DNA of 64,000 bases from Rhizophagus irregularis. Its lineage: Eukaryota. Below, one piece after another: positions 1 through 14,559 of the stretch. Position 1 is the stretch's first letter; every line of letters starts with the position of its first letter. The notes beneath the pieces are model-generated. The model did not search any database. It saw only the letters and a program-made list of their open reading frames with translations, and had not been told where the DNA came from. The position numbers and the translations under genes were made by a program. The stretch is taken from contig NC_089429.1 of the NCBI RefSeq assembly GCF_026210795.1, positions 186,001 to 250,000 on the forward strand. Direction: 5' to 3'.

Positions 1-132
1 ACGTATTTGCCACAAGCGTTGATTCAACTGTCAAGCCTCTCAAGCCTCATCGTTTGTGTTCATTCGCAAAAAGCTTGTATAAAAAGGTAAAGTATTTAAT
101 GCAACTCTAATTTTTGCATTTTTTTTATTGTA

Positions 133-154
133 CCGCGTTGTAAAGTTGACGCGT
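133..154. promoter_or_regulatory. MCB-like (ACGCGT) cell-cycle box(es) upstream of HIRA
   Basis: ACGCGT at 149-154 and CGCGT at 134-138, 50-70 bp upstream of the ATG, in otherwise CG-poor DNA. MCB boxes are known fungal G1/S elements; function here is inferred. Confidence 0.35.
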
Positions 155-203
155 GTCAATTTTTTTTTTTTTATTATTTTGTCCCAACTTTTATACGTTT
201 GAA

Positions 204-3200
204 ATGCACTTAGCAAAACCTAGCTGGCTTGCTCATTTAGGTGAATACTATTTTATACTATTTCAATATTAATCGAAACAACAATAGTAATAATGAAATG
301 TTTGTTTGTCATTTCTCCTAGATGATAAGGGCCAAAGAACTTCGATTTTCTCAATACACGTACATCCTGACGGAACTAGAATAGCAACGGGCGGACTTGG
401 TAAAGTTTCAACTTCAGATATAGATTTCTCGTTTGATATATTTTTGATAGAATTTAAAATCTACAATTTCTATACTTGAAATTACCGTGTAATTCTAGAT
501 AATAAAATCAAATTATGGAGTACTATACCTATAATCGATGGTTCCAAAGCTCGTGATCCTAATTTTCCGACATTATTATGTACCTTGGGTTTACATAACG
601 GTTAATAACACTTATATATATTATATATATTATCTTTATTATTTTTATAATTATTGTGCCCAATTAACGCGATTTAATGATTGATTTTTTTACAGGTTCG
701 GTTCTTTGTGTAAGATGGTCTAACAGAGATGGACGTTATTTGGCATCTGGTTCAGATGATCAACTTTTATTAATATGGGAATGGGACAAGTAATATTTTT
801 TTGATTGATTTATTTCATATTAATAATTATTAATTTTTTAATGCCATCCTTGTTTTAGATCAACTGAAGCTTGGGCTGGTCAAAGCATTTTTGGAAGTGG
901 TGAGCAAAATATTGAAAATTGGAAACCAGTACGTCGTCTTACGGGACATCAATCAGGTAAATAGCTTTTTTATTATTAATTCTTATGTTGAAATTAATTA
1001 AATATTTGTTTAATTAATCACCGTTTAAAAGACGTCGTGGACCTTGCATGGTCTAGAGACAATACTTATTTAGCTTCATGTGGATTAGATAATTTGGTTT
1101 TCATATGGGATGGTAGAAAATTTGGTAAGGGTTTACTGTATCTGACATATATAATTTAATCATCCGGGTAAATTGATTGATTAATTTAATTTTATAGAGA
1201 AGCTGCATAAATTAGACGCACATCAAGGATTTGTTAAAGGTGTGACCTGGGACCCTGTGGGAGAATACCTTGCAACTGAGGTAATTTTAAAAAAATAATC
1301 CGATCTATAAATGGGAATAAGTTTTTGATCTTTCAAGTAAATTTACAGTCAGATGATAAAACTGTCAAAGTTTGGCGAACGTCGGATTGGAAAGTACAGG
1401 CGGAAATCAGCGAACCATATACAAGTTCTCCCACAACAACATTTTATCGCCGATTAAGGTAAAATTTTCATTGATAAAAAGTTTTAATCTTATTTGATTA
1501 AATTAAACATATCATTATACTTTTTTTTTGCAGCTGGTCTCCGGATGGATCGCATGTTGCTACTGCAAATGGTGCACAAGGACCTGTTCCAATTGCTGCT
1601 ATATTTAATAGAAATGATTGGAGGCCTGATGTCTCACTGGTTGGTCATGACTCTGCGATTGAAGTCGTGGTGAGTATTCAATGACTTTATATCTTAATTT
1701 AGTTGATACGCATACGTTTTTATATATACACACACACGTTGACTTTATTCTAATAATAATTATTAATTTAGTCATTTAATCCAGTTATTTTCATGATACC
1801 CGAGAGCGATGATGCTGATCCGGATTCTGCTAGTGTTGGCAGTGTATGTGCAGTAGGAAGCCAAGATCACAGTATTTCCGTGTGGGTAACTCGGAATGCG
1901 CGGCCTTTGTTTGTTTGTCAAAAACCGTTTGATCATAGTGTTTTGGATTTAGCATGGTAAGATTTATAGTTAATTCATTATTTTAATTTTTATTAATCAC
2001 TTTCCTATTAATTTAGGTCTCCTGACGGTACACATCTTTATGCTTGTTCATATGATGGTACCGTAGTAGTTTTACAATTTCTTAATAATGAATTTGGAAC
2101 ACGGTTATCAATGGAAGAACATGTAATTAGTCAATATTATTATTTTCATTTTATTTGCAAATATGAATAATGTTATTTACTGTTAATAGGACAAAATTCT
2201 GGCCAAATATGGATTTGTTCCGAAAGATCCAATAATATTGGAAAATACGACACAACTTGCTATGGAAGGAACACTTGCTATAACAAATAAAACTTCATCA
2301 TCAGGTAGAATAGCTGCCCTAATGAGCGGTAATCAAGAATTGCCACCACCACCAACTGTCATAATCTCTGAGGATAAGATAAATTATGGTCCACCATCAT
2401 CAGCACCATCACAGATGACAAGCGAAAATAGTAATACTATTAAATCAAGTTCAGTTAGCGGACAGGTTGCACAGCAAAAACCTGGCGTAAGTAACGGGCC
2501 AGTGCCAATGGAGATTGAGAATGCTATGGCATCTGGTTCAAGCGGATCTACTAATACTCAAACGCAGCAAAATATCACCCTTACAAAAGATGGCAAAAAA
2601 AGAATACAACCCCAATTTTTAAGAGGGTAAACCATTTGTGATGTATTATGATTTATTATTATATTTTATAACGTGTATTAATCCTTGATTTTGTTTAAAG
2701 GCTTACATCATCTCCTGGTACTCCACTTCGGCCGCCTATGCCCGTGCCAATGCCTATGCCAACTGTATATTATAACAGTAACACTTACTTTTATATGTAT
2801 TTGATTAATATATTTCCTGTCGTTAATTAATTTGTCTTATTTTATTAAAATAGGATAATGTTGGCACACCGGCAATAAATGGTAATCTTTCTAATACTTC
2901 AATATTTTCTCAATCGCAGCAACAATCCGTAAGTTTGGATAAAGCAAGCAATTTAGATGCTCCTTCTCGTGCATTACCAGCTGGTGGAATACCTGCAATA
3001 CTTATTGGAAACAAAAGAAAAGAATCATTTGCATCAGAAATAGCTGCTCAATCAAATAAAAGGCAATCTTTTAGTAAATCAAGAGCCGATTCAGTAATAG
3101 AAACTGAAGGTTATGTCTTAAGATCGGGATTAGTTCCACCATCAGTGACAATGTCGCAAGTGAGACTAGCCTCTCACAAGGTTAAAGATTACCTAGCAAA

Positions 3201-4659
3201 AGACCGTCTAGATGGTGCAACGTTAAAATTAGAGTGTTTTAACAATAATGCTAAAGGTTTGTTATTTCATCAGATTATTTCCAAATTATTTAATATTCAA
3301 TGTAATAATTATTTTTAAATAAATTTTAGGTCCATCACAGATATCATGTACTCGTGGTAAAGTGGTGGTTTGGATAGATTATGTTCCAAGTTCAATTATA
3401 CTTTTAACGGGACATTCTCAATTTTCTGCTGTCGCTTGTGAAGATGGTAGTTTATTCGTATATTCTAGCGCTGGTAGAAGGTTTGTACATCATTTCTAAA
3501 TTGTTAATATCGATAATATCGAAAATACTTATTCAAATTTTTTACTTATTTTTCTTAATTTTTTTTAGATTATTGCCGGTTATAATGCTTGAATCAGCTG
3601 CATCATTTTTAGAAATTTGTCGTGAATATTTACTCTGTATAACTCAAACTGGCCTAATCTATATTTGGTGAGTAACAGAATAATTATTTAATGGTTAATA
3701 AAAAATCAATTTTAAAGTGATCTTTTTTTTTAATTTTAGGGATTTACGAAATTTAAAGGCTATCGTCTCTTCCGTATCTACTGCGCCTATTCTTCAAGCT
3801 GCAACAATATTATCGGATGACTTTCATTCTACAGTTTCCATTATTTCTGCATGTGTTAGACCTAATGGAATACCTTTATTGGTTACAAGTATAAATGAAG
3901 CATGGTGTTATCATCTTGATATGAAAACTTGGGTTCGAGTCTATGATCCTCGTTATTCAACTCTAGATCCTTCTAATTCTGAAACTTCTGAAGTGATTGG
4001 TGGTTCAATCTTAGCATCATTGGAAAGTATGGCAAGGCAACGTGGTGGAAATATTGGATCATTAGCCTATTTAAGACATTCTGGAGGCAAGGATACTCAG
4101 GGAAAAGCTCATGTAATTGGACATTTAGAGAATCAACTTGTTTCTTCGGAAATGGTTAATTCTCCTACCGAGTATAAACGTTTGCTATTTGCCTATGCAC
4201 AACAACTGGCTGATGAAGGAGCTGAATTCAGATTACATGAACTTTGTATGGAATTACTTGGGCCAGTCAATGGGTATGAAATTTTAGTAGTAAAATTTAT
4301 TTTTTATTAATTTGTTCTTATTCTTATTTATTAACTTAGACAAGATAGCCTTATTAACAATAACCAAACTAGATCGAATTGGGACCCATTCATTATGGTA
4401 ATGTCTGAATAAATGTATAAATATTTAAACGCTTTTGAGATAAGCTAATTTTACATTACATTCTTCAGGGTATGTCAAAGCGACAGCTTTTGAAAGAGAT
4501 ATTACCTATTTTGGGTAAGTAACTTTTGAAATATTAACGTACTACTCTATCTGATTTCTTAACTAATTCAATTTGATAAATATAGCTTCAAATCGTGCTT
4601 TACAACGACATGTTACTGAGTATGGAGATGCTTTGAAAAAAATACTTAAAATAGATTGA
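204..4659 (+). CDS. HIR1: HIRA/Hir1 histone H3-H4 chaperone (WD40 repeats, B-domain, C-terminal Hira domain), about 20 exons
   Basis: ATG 204 gives [11 protein letters not shown]. Spliced exons read [68 protein letters not shown]1-binding B motif [11 protein letters not shown]-terminal HLENQL...EYKRLL...[11 protein letters not shown] at 4657-4659. GT-AG introns of about 60-100 nt. Confidence 0.95.
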
Positions 4660-5334
4660 ACTAAAAGCGAAAAAATAGTGCCGGTATAAACTAATTAACC
4701 GTAGTGGTTGGTGGTCATCGTAGTAGTAATAAATGTTATTAAGTCAAACAGGATGTATAATGCACGTAATAATGAAAGTTGGTTTTTTTTTATTATTACA
4801 ATTTTTTTTTTAAAAAAAATATATATATAATATATATATAATATATACACGCGTTTTAATTTGGATGAAATTTTTTTTTTTTTCCAAAAAAGAAATATCA
4901 TTCAATAAATAAACCTTTAAAGGAAAGAATGATCATATTATATTGATTCGTAAATCTAAAAAAAATAAGGAAAGAAATGTTTTGGGGTAAAAATAATAAA
5001 ATAACGTAGAAGTAGTAATGATTAAGATAAATTATGAATGGAATAGATAACGTGATAAATATTAAAAATGAGATGTTGAATTTACTTAATTCACTTCGAA
5101 TTTCTCATAAATTTCCAAAATTTCCTATCTCGTACCAGCCAAGATAAATAATTCAAATTTTAATAATTCCAATATTTATAAATAAATATAAACCAACAAC
5201 TATAATTATTTTAATTTGATAATAAAATACAAAAAAAAAAAAAAGGATGAAAAAAAAAAAAATAACAATAAATCAAGATAATAAAAAAACAAACATAAAT
5301 CGAATATGAAGGTTGTAATTAATACAAATTAAAT

Positions 5335-6717
5335 TTAAGTCTTGGCAACTTGTTCTTGACTCATGCTGGGAGAATGAACATTCAAGGGAGGTAATTGAGG
5401 AGGAATTGGTGAATGTACCATTGGAGAATCCACTGGTGATGGCGCTGGTGGTTGTTGAGATTGACGTTGATGCGGTGATTGCTGTTTATGTTGATCACGA
5501 TTATTGTGATGATGCTGATGATGAGTTGGACTTGATTGATTTAATGGGGGTACAGGCATACTAGCACTTCTGGGTTTTAAGACATTCATGAATTTTTTTG
5601 CAGGATTTTCTTGATTTCTTTGTACTTTTTGTCTTAGAGCTTCCATCACATATTCATGATCCACTTCAGATTCGGAAAGTTTAGTACGTTTATTATTACT
5701 ATTTACAGAAGTAGGACTTTGTGAATAATGATGGTGTGTTTGAGATGTTGCAGATTGTGGATGCTCCGGTATACTGCTTGTTGGAGTAGAAAATGAATGA
5801 TTATTATGCATAGCAGTGGGAGATGCAGTTATGATCGGAAATGATGGAATTGAAAGTGTTAAAGAAGGACGTTGATTCATCGGACTATAGGAATGATTGT
5901 GTGGATTTGAAACTCCATTATAAGATACACTATCATGGCCAGTGGTAGCCGAAGAAGGAGGGGATAAACGCGGTGTTGCGCTTGTTGGTGTTGTTGCTGG
6001 AAAATGCGCGTCTATATAAATAAAAAATAAAATTTTTTTAATATCCAAATTTATACTAAAAAAAAAAAAAGAAGTTAAAATATGGCAAACCTATCGGCGG
6101 TGGTATAGATAAATATGGACTATGCACGTCTGATGGAGATTTTCTGATCAAGAGAATTAAAAAATATTATGATTGTTATTATTATAAGTTTTTTTTTTTA
6201 AAAAAAAAAGATAAAATAAAACAAATTAATAATATCTACACATTGAATCCTGGTGTAGAGGTATTCACCGCTATAAAAAAAATTAGGGGAAAAAAAATAA
6301 AAAAGTTAAAAATTGATCTAAAAATATGGGTGATTTGATTAATATCAATACAATAATTACGTGGAACTCCGGTATAAATTGTTGGAGGTTTCTTCTGTTC
6401 CCTTAATATTTCCAATTCCACTTGTTTATACTGTAAGCGTACTTGTTCCGTTTTATATTTTCCTTCTTCAGTTCGACGCTAATTACAAAAAATGATAATG
6501 TATTTAATAATAGTACGCGTTAAAATGATAATAATAGATAAGAGACCGAGAATCATACTTTGTCTTCTTCAGATTTAGCAGTAAGAATTTGTTTCAACAG
6601 ATCATGATTGTCACGATACATGTCTAATATTTCACGAAGTGAAATATCAGCTTTCGGTAAAGTATTTGTCGCAGGTGAAGGATAAGAATAAGCTGCCTGG
6701 TTTCTCAAGTCCGACAT
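5335..6717 (-). CDS. Hypothetical protein, about 5 exons: N-terminal coiled coil followed by an S/P/H/Q-rich disordered region
   Basis: ATG 6717 MSDLRNQAAY...LLKQILTAKSEEDK (6717-6559) splices in frame to RRTEEGKYKTEQVRLQ (6478-6361); small exons at about 6270-6242 and 6143-6091; last exon 6011-5335 matches the long ORF; canonical GT-AG sites. Confidence 0.8.
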
Positions 6718-8455
6718 TTTTTTTCTACTATTTTTTCACTTATAATGAAAAACTTATAATATGAGAAATTTTTAAAAAAAATATTTAAAATGAGAAAGTT
6801 TGTTTTTTTTAAAAAAAAATTTTTTTTTTCTAAGAATAATATTTTCGTTTTCTTTTCGTTTAAAAAAAAGCTTGCATACATTTTTTTTTGTCTTGTTATA
6901 TAAATAGTATAAAATATATTTAATAAATCAACATAGCCAATAATAACTTCGTATTACAGATCTACGATTATAAATACTTTTAATATTTTTTTGCCCAAAT
7001 TTATGATCTATTTCTGGATAAAACGTGATTTCATTTTAAATAAAGAAAAAAAAAGATCTTTTATTATTTTTCTGTATGTTGATCACCTGAATTTACTAAA
7101 AACACAGTTGTAATATTACCTTTATTAAGCAACGATTAACCCTTTTAGTTTCAAATGTATTAAACGAAACAAGAAAAAATTTAAAAAAATTTTTTTTTTA
7201 AAAAAAAAAACGAAAATTAATAGTTTTTTTTTTTAATTAATTGTAATATTTAAATTAAATTTAAACTTTAATTTGGTTAGGTTCGTTAAAATTAAACATA
7301 CGATGGGGTTTTTTTTTAGATTTGCCTTCCCTTTTTTTTGATCTGATATTTATATAGAATTAAAAAACTAAATAAACAAAAAATACGGTATCAAGTTTAT
7401 ATGTGCTGTACTGTATGTAATTTTAGTAATTTGACAGATTGATTGTTTCATAATCTTTTTGGCAATGATTTTATTTAAGTTTCCAGATGCTGTTCGAAAT
7501 TTGTCTGTCACAAGGTTTTGAAAGTTTGAAACATGTAAAATATCGGATATTGCATTATGTCATATGTCATTATATTCATTTATTCTGCAAATAAGGCAAA
7601 AGGTCTATAACTGTAAAGTTTTATTAATTCTGATATTTACAAATTTAATTAAAGTTATTTTATACAGTACCCTATATAGTAATAAAATCTGCAATCTGCA
7701 TTATTATCAATTTACTGTATGTACATAATATTCGTACATAAAATTTCTTAGGAAATATTATTTGAAATTTAAAATAAATCCTTCTTTATAAATAAATGCA
7801 GAATGGTTTACTCATATATATATAATGTTACATTAATTTTAAAAGCTGAAGTTGATTTTAGTTAGTAATTAAAAAAATTTGTAAATCATTATTGATTTTC
7901 CTATAATAAATTAATGCTAAATTGTACTATAATCTAGATTTTTTTGCAGATATAATAATATTTATTTTTTATATTAATAAATATTTAAAAGTTACTGTAA
8001 ATTTCCTATTGGTAAAATATTTGTAATAAAATATTTATTAGTAAAATAATTGTTAATGAAGTATATAATAGTATATAAAACTGCATATTTGTAATTATTA
8101 ATAATTATGTTATTAATAGGAAAGATTAGTCTATTTCAATTTTTTTATTGAATTTATTTTAACTTTTATAAATAATACTAAATTCTAGTTCTGAATTAAT
8201 TTTTAAAAGTCAGTTTAAAGTTTTAAGTTAAATTTATAATAATTAGTACAGAGTAATCAAAATTTTTAGCTTATATTTTTTTAGTTTTTATAATTAAAAG
8301 TAGTTTTAAATCCAAGAAAACTTAGAATTTTTTGAATTAAAAATTATTTAAAATCATTTAAAATCAATTTAAATCAATTTATTTTAAGTTATTTTTATTT
8401 TTAAATATAATAATAAATCAATTAATTAATATAATAAATTAATAATCTTAAAAAA

Positions 8456-9565
8456 TTAATTCGTGATTCAGTAAGCAATTTTGCGATTCTTAAATGTGAA
8501 TGTCCTTTCATATGTAAATCCATCAATTTTCAGCCAAATTGTTTGAAATTTTTGCTGAAAAAACTTTAAGATTGGCTCTATTATATTTAAGTATTTAATA
8601 TAATATTTATAACAGCTCTAAATTTAAAAATAATTTACAAAATAGGAGTAATAAAAAATAAAAAAAAATTAAAAAGAATTTTTTTACATATTTTTTTTAA
8701 AAAAATGCTTGGTTTATATTCAGAATATATGTTTTTATGGAGTTTAATCTATTTTTAAACTTTTAAAATTAGTATTTAATTTGTGATTCATGTAAAAATA
8801 AGAAGTAAATCACTAATTAAATTTGAAAAAAATAAAAAAAAACTTGTTTTTGTAATTATCTCGTGATCCAGTAATTCAATTTCAATGAAAATTTTTTTAT
8901 TGTGTAGCTCTCCAATTTCTCTATGTAATAAAAAAAGATTGTTAAAATTGGACCAATAGATTGTGAGATAATTGCAAAAAATGAGTTTTTTCAGAGGACA
9001 GCTGTATTTATCTAATATATTCTGAAAAAAATCATTTTTATGATTATCTCACGATCTATTGGTCCAATTTTAAAGATCTTTTTTTTATTTTGTAGAAAGC
9101 TTAGAGGACTACACAATAAAAAAATGTTCACTAAAGTCAAATCATTGGATCATAGGATAATCACAAAAAATGATTTTTTTATTTACTTAAAATTTAATTA
9201 GTGATTTTCTCTATTGGTACATAGAATACGAATTAAATACTAATTTTAAAAGTTTAAAAATAGATTGCATTTCCTTAAAAACATATATTCTGAATATAAA
9301 TCAAGAATTTTTTTTAAAAAAATTCATGAAAAATTTTCTTGATTTATTTTTGATTTCTTATTACACCTATTATGCAATTATTCTTAAACTTTTGAGCTTT
9401 ATAAATATTACATTAAATATTCAGATATGATAGAGCCAATCTTAAAGTTTTTTCAGTAAAAATTTCAAATGATTTGGCTAAAAATTGATAGATTTATATA
9501 TGTAAGTACACTCACATTTAAAATCGCAAAATTACTTACTCATTCTTATCTGAATTACGAATTAA
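8456..9565. mobile_element. ~1.1-kb foldback (almost wholly inverted-repeat) non-autonomous element
   Basis: 8456-8990 is the degenerate reverse complement of ~9025-9565, e.g. AAAAACTTTAAGATTGGCTCTA / TAGAGCCAATCTTAAAGTTTTT; ends TTAATTCGTGATTCAG / CTGAATTACGAATTAA. Confidence 0.8.
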
Positions 9566-9725
9566 ATTATTTATAATAAAAAGAATATGCTTTATAATTT
9601 TAATTTTATTAACTAGAAATATAATAAAAGTAAAAATTCAAATTCAAAATTAACCAATATATTTTCTATTAAAAGATATTAAAATTGCAAAAATATAATA
9701 TATTATATATTTAAGAAAGTAATAC

Positions 9726-10260
9726 AGGACCCAGAAATATATATAAAAGGGTTAGGTTTGAGTTTGCGTATTTTGAACTAAAAAAATCATAAAAATCTTT
9801 CCTTTTTTAAATAATTTTTAATAATGCTGATCAGAATTTTATTTCCTATTATAGTAACTAACTAATATTATTATAATTCTGGCAGGACCCTGAACATCTC
9901 TTATAGAACTCACAACTGACTTTTTGCCAAAAAAAATCCATACTCTTTTTTTATTTTCCATTTTTTTTATGATTATCTCAGTATTCAGTGATTCAATTCA
10001 TGCGAATTTTTTTTATTTTGTAGAGCTTGATGAGAGCTACAAAACAAAAAAAAATTCATATAAATTGGACCACTGGATGCCGAGATAATCACAAAAAACT
10101 GATTTTTTTTTTGTGAAATTTAGGTCAATCTGCAAAAAAGTTGCTACTGAGTTGTATATGTAATGTTTGGGGTCCTATTCTGGCCCTAAAAAAATGCATA
10201 CAGTTCATAGTAAAAAAATTTTTTCATCATCTGACCCCTATATATATATTTTCGGGTCCT
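9726..10260. mobile_element. AGGACCC-terminus MITE (older, outer copy)
   Basis: TIRs AGGACCCAGAAATATATATA / TATATATATTTTCGGGTCCT; degenerate 8-bp TSD agtaatac/agtgatat. Confidence 0.7.
9884..10176. mobile_element. AGGACCC-terminus MITE nested in the previous one
   Basis: TIRs AGGACCCTGAACAT / ATGTTTGGGGTCCT; perfect 8-bp TSD ATTCTGGC; sister copy at 35133-35429. Confidence 0.9.
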
Positions 10261-10858
10261 AGTGATATATATGACATAATTATTAAAAGGAGCAAAAGAG
10301 AGAATTTACGAATATCTGACATATCACATGATATTTGATTATAACGAATAGAATTAGTTTTTAGGTTCATAATTTTAGCTGCAATTATTTACCAATAAAG
10401 TTCATTTTATATGATTTCTTTGTTTTATTAATAGTGTAATATATTGCATATATTGTTTTTTATTTTAACTATGTACACTTTGGAAAATAAAAATAAATTG
10501 TTCTTTATTTTAACTATATTGCACCAATTTTTAGAACTTTATAAAAAATAAAAAAAATGAAAATTATATTTTAATAGTTCTTCTCTTATTCGACCTATAA
10601 AAAAAAGCAAATAAGAATATTAATAAGTGTTTTTATACAATAAAACAAAATATTTTCACCCTTCTAGAAACTTTTACTTGGTTTAATTTTCAAATTCAAC
10701 CCTGTCAATATTTATACGAAAGAACATATATAGTTATATATGAAGAATCCAACTTCTTTATATTTGCCCTCTAATTGTATTTCCTAGTTATTTATAATTA
10801 AAACTCAAACATTGCATGCAGGCACAACTGAAAAATCATCAATAAAATTTATAATATA

Positions 10859-11030
10859 CAGTCAACCCTTGTTATAACGAACCCTAAGTTCCAGACCTCA
10901 ACTTCGCTATAGGGCTATAGTGAAGATTTTAAGAGATTTGATTGGTTAATTCATTATAGCAAGGAGAAATTTATTATAGTTGTCTGAAAAATTCACTATA
11001 TCGAGGGTTCGTTATATCAAGGTTTGACTG
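10859..11030. mobile_element. Tc1/pogo-type MITE (172 bp)
   Basis: TA-CAGTCAACCCTTGTTATAACGAACC ... GGTTCGTTATATCAAGGTTTGACTG-TA; TA TSD; inverted copy at 49225-49396. Confidence 0.9.
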
Positions 11031-11117
11031 TAATTCTTTTTTTGACTGGTCATTCTCATTGTTTTGGATGGTAATTTTTCTTATATTGAATAACAATAGA
11101 AAGTGTTGGGAAGTATG

Positions 11118-12246
11118 AGGACCCCAAACAATACATATAACACTGGGATCCAGTTTTGTATAAACTTATTATATAATTTTCCAATAAGTCATATGTTTGA
11201 TTTTGTATAGCCTGTTAGTAATTTTTCGGTAAGTCAGATATGTATTTGTATAACAGTGATAATCTTTAAATCAAGTGAGATCTTTATTTTATATAACGAT
11301 AATAAATTATATTTACGTATATAAAAAATTTTTCTTTAAAAAAATTTTAAAACTTTGTAAATTTACAAATTAGCACATATTAAATACTTTTGTCTCAGTT
11401 TTTATTACCTGTATTTTGTAAAGATATGGGTATTTTATAAATTTTTTCTTTTTACTTTCGTCAAACTTTGGAGTGTAATTTTACCATTTTAGCCAAATGA
11501 AATCGACTTTCTTTATTAAGAGAAAGTTGTTTAGCGATGCCAAAACTACTTGAATCTAAATTTTTATAGCAATTGGAGTAATACTTATAGAGTACGCGCA
11601 TATTTTTATAATTATATTAATTTTAAATTTGCTTTTTTCATTTATTAATTTTGGAGCGTAATTACGGCATTTTAGTCAAATGAAATCGACTTTCTTTATT
11701 AAGTGAAAATTATTCACGAAGGTCAGAACTACTTACACCTAAATTTTTATAGTAATCGGAGTGATGCTTATGGAATACGAGCAATTTTCGCACTCTCAAT
11801 TTTTTTTCAATCATCCGATCAGTAACTTCAGAGCGTAATTTCGGCACCTTTATCAAATGAAATCGACTATCTTTATTAATTGAAAGTTGTTCAGCAGGTT
11901 CGAAACTACCTAGATTTAAATTTTCGTAATCATTAGTATAATACTTGTGGAAACATTTGTATTTTTCACAACAGTACTAATTTTTGAATTATGACAAGTT
12001 TTTTTAAAATTTTTTTTAAATTATGAATTTTTGAATTGATAAATCATTAGTGAAATAATTACATAAAATTAATAAATAAAATAAATTTTGTTTTATATAA
12101 ACTCAGATTTGAAATTGTATAATTTGTAGTAAAATTTGAACTTATATGATGACTTTGTATAAAGCTTTTAATAAAATTAAGTGTATAAAGTTATATTAAA
12201 ATTTTTAACCTTATATCTGAGTTATGTATATAATGTTCAGGGTCCT
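11118..12246. mobile_element. Long AGGACCC-terminus non-autonomous element with three ~180-bp internal repeats
   Basis: TIRs AGGACCCCAAACAATACATATAAC / GTTATGTATAATGTTCAGGGTCCT; TSD gaagtatg/ggagtatg; repeats containing AAATGAAATCGACT at about 11495, 11680 and 11855. Confidence 0.85.
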
Positions 12247-13600
12247 GGAGTATGTATTACATTCAGAACAGTAAAAATGATCATAAGTATTTACATTAAT
12301 TGAAAAACAGTGAGCATCATGTATATCCAGATATCTTGAGCTTGTTATAGGATTTTAAAATATGAATCAGGTTTAAAAAATGCCCATCTTTTCCTTTTGT
12401 TATAGGTGAAAGAAATCCATCATTTTTTGCGAAAAAAATAGCTGCCTCCTAATTATACTTAGGTGAACAACAAGAGGAGTTCTCGCATTTCTTAATATCA
12501 AATGAATATTGATATATTCTGGTGTAGTTTTCTAACTATTTTCAAAGTATAACTAACTCATTAGTACCTTCTTTTTCAGATTCAGAAAATATAATATCAT
12601 TGAATGGAGAACTATTTTGGTCAGTATATTGTACAGTGACTGGTTTTTCAAAAATAGGATCATGTTGCCAAAAAGTACACAAAGCCTTACCAGTATAGCG
12701 AAAATTTCTTATTGCAAATTCTGAATCATCAACCTGGCCTTGAAAATTAAGGCAAGAACTATATTTGTCAATTGGTAATGTTATGCCAGTAAGTTTTTAA
12801 GAGAACGTTACCATATTACGCTCAATAGAATTATATGCTAATTGACCAGATGCATGTATCTGAATGGATAGGTAATTAAGGTCAAAAGCATGAAATATTT
12901 TATAATACTAGTATATATTTTTCATATAGCAGAAATTTTTGTCCAGACCTTTATCAACTAAAATAATCCAAATTAGTTTTATTTGGCTGTCAACTTTTAA
13001 TATTTTATCAAAACGGCTATCTTGAGTTAGAAAATTAAAATCACTCATATGAGTGGCTGAGCTCATGCCAACTTGGTATTATAGATGTATAAAAATTAAA
13101 AGTTGGGCATTATGAAAAGTATCATTCATATCACTTGAGTTAATTAGTAAGTAAACCGACAAGATGAATTTTTGCTGTATACTGATTAGAAAATCATGAT
13201 CAGGTAATATAACTGGCTTTTAAAAACTTTGTATAGTTTGAAATATTCTTCTGACTGCAGGAATACCAAGAGAAACCTTGGTATTATTATCCTGAGAAAT
13301 AATAGTAAAATTAGTTGAAAATAATGTTACAAACTGTTTTGCTCCTTTTACAGATGTAAAACAATAATGTTCATCAATATGCTTATTTCTTTCATTACAT
13401 GAAACTGAAGCATTTGCAACAATAATTAAATAATAGTGGGTCTTTGCTGCTTTAGTATTTGATTGAGATGGTAGCAAATAATTATTAAGGGTAGTGCAAA
13501 AGAAATATTTATTATATTTGGAATTGAGATCCTCTTAAAGATGACAAATAATCTGAACTTTAATAATTTCTTTTCTTCTCTTTTTATCTGCAACTCCAAA

Positions 13601-13983
13601 TAAAGATGTGATATGTAATTATTTTTAGAAGGTTGTAAGGTTGCAACTATTACAACATATATATAATACTTTTGTTGTAATTACAACACAATATTATAAT
13701 TATTATATAGTATTATAATTACTACTAGTATTGTAATTATTATATAGTGTTGTAATTATTTTCAATTATACAAATATATATTATAATATATTAATCATTT
13801 TATTTTATGATGATATTTGTTCTATAAAAACTTATTTTTGTAATTTTTATTTTTCAAAAAGAAAATTTTGAATAATCATAAGTGTTATAATATTACAACA
13901 CTTTAACTTTAAAGTAGTAATAGGTTGCAACCCTTACTATTACAACACAAGGTAGTAATTATCAATTACATACTACATCTTTA
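13601..13983. mobile_element. hAT-type MITE
   Basis: TIRs TAAAGATGTGATATGTAATT / AATTACATACTACATCTTTA; perfect 8-bp TSD ACTCCAAA; subterminal ATTACAAC repeats. Confidence 0.85.
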
Positions 13984-14559
13984 ACTCCAAACTTAATGCA
14001 TTTATGTATATGCTCAATTAAATTGGGATATTGAATTAAAAAAGGTGGATAACTAGGTGAATCATATAGTACTACTTCTTGATACTCCTGTAAGAGTCTT
14101 GCTTTTTTTACTCTACTTTTTTGTTGATATTCTACTTAATATTTCAATTTTTTAATCTTATTATTCTCATTATTATGCAGAACTTGCTTGAAAGTTATCA
14201 TACGCTCCAATAAATTATTCTGAATCTCCAAGTCATTAGTAGAATTATAAACTCGTTGAAATTCAGCAAGCTTCATATTAGTTGTATTAATAGTTTCCAC
14301 AGCTTATTTCTGTGCAGCAGCATTAGAAGGCAGAGTAGAGTCAACTACAATAATCTCTTCAATAGGCCTTTGAAGGACTTGGTTTATTTGAGCTAGAGTT
14401 CTGAACAGGTTGTCCAAATTCAGGTAACCTAATAGGTTGACCTGAATTTTTCAGGTCAGGTTTAGTAATTGCAATTCAGCATCAGTTCAGGTTGTAACAT
14501 CAGTATAACCTGAATGACCTGTTGACCTGAAACTATAATTTTATATAATAAGTAAGTTA

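Larger units (their letters stand above)
11035..14390 (-). pseudogene. Degraded Zator-like DDE transposase interrupted by MITEs
   Basis: Minus-strand remnants IISQDNNTKVSLGIPAV, HASGQLAYNSIERNM, KLTGITLPIDK, NFRYTGKALCTFW and C-terminal CSECNTYFPT resemble, from memory, Zator transposase motifs (SxDDKAKVPLG, APGxSAYNxVER). Many stops and frameshifts. Confidence 0.6.
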
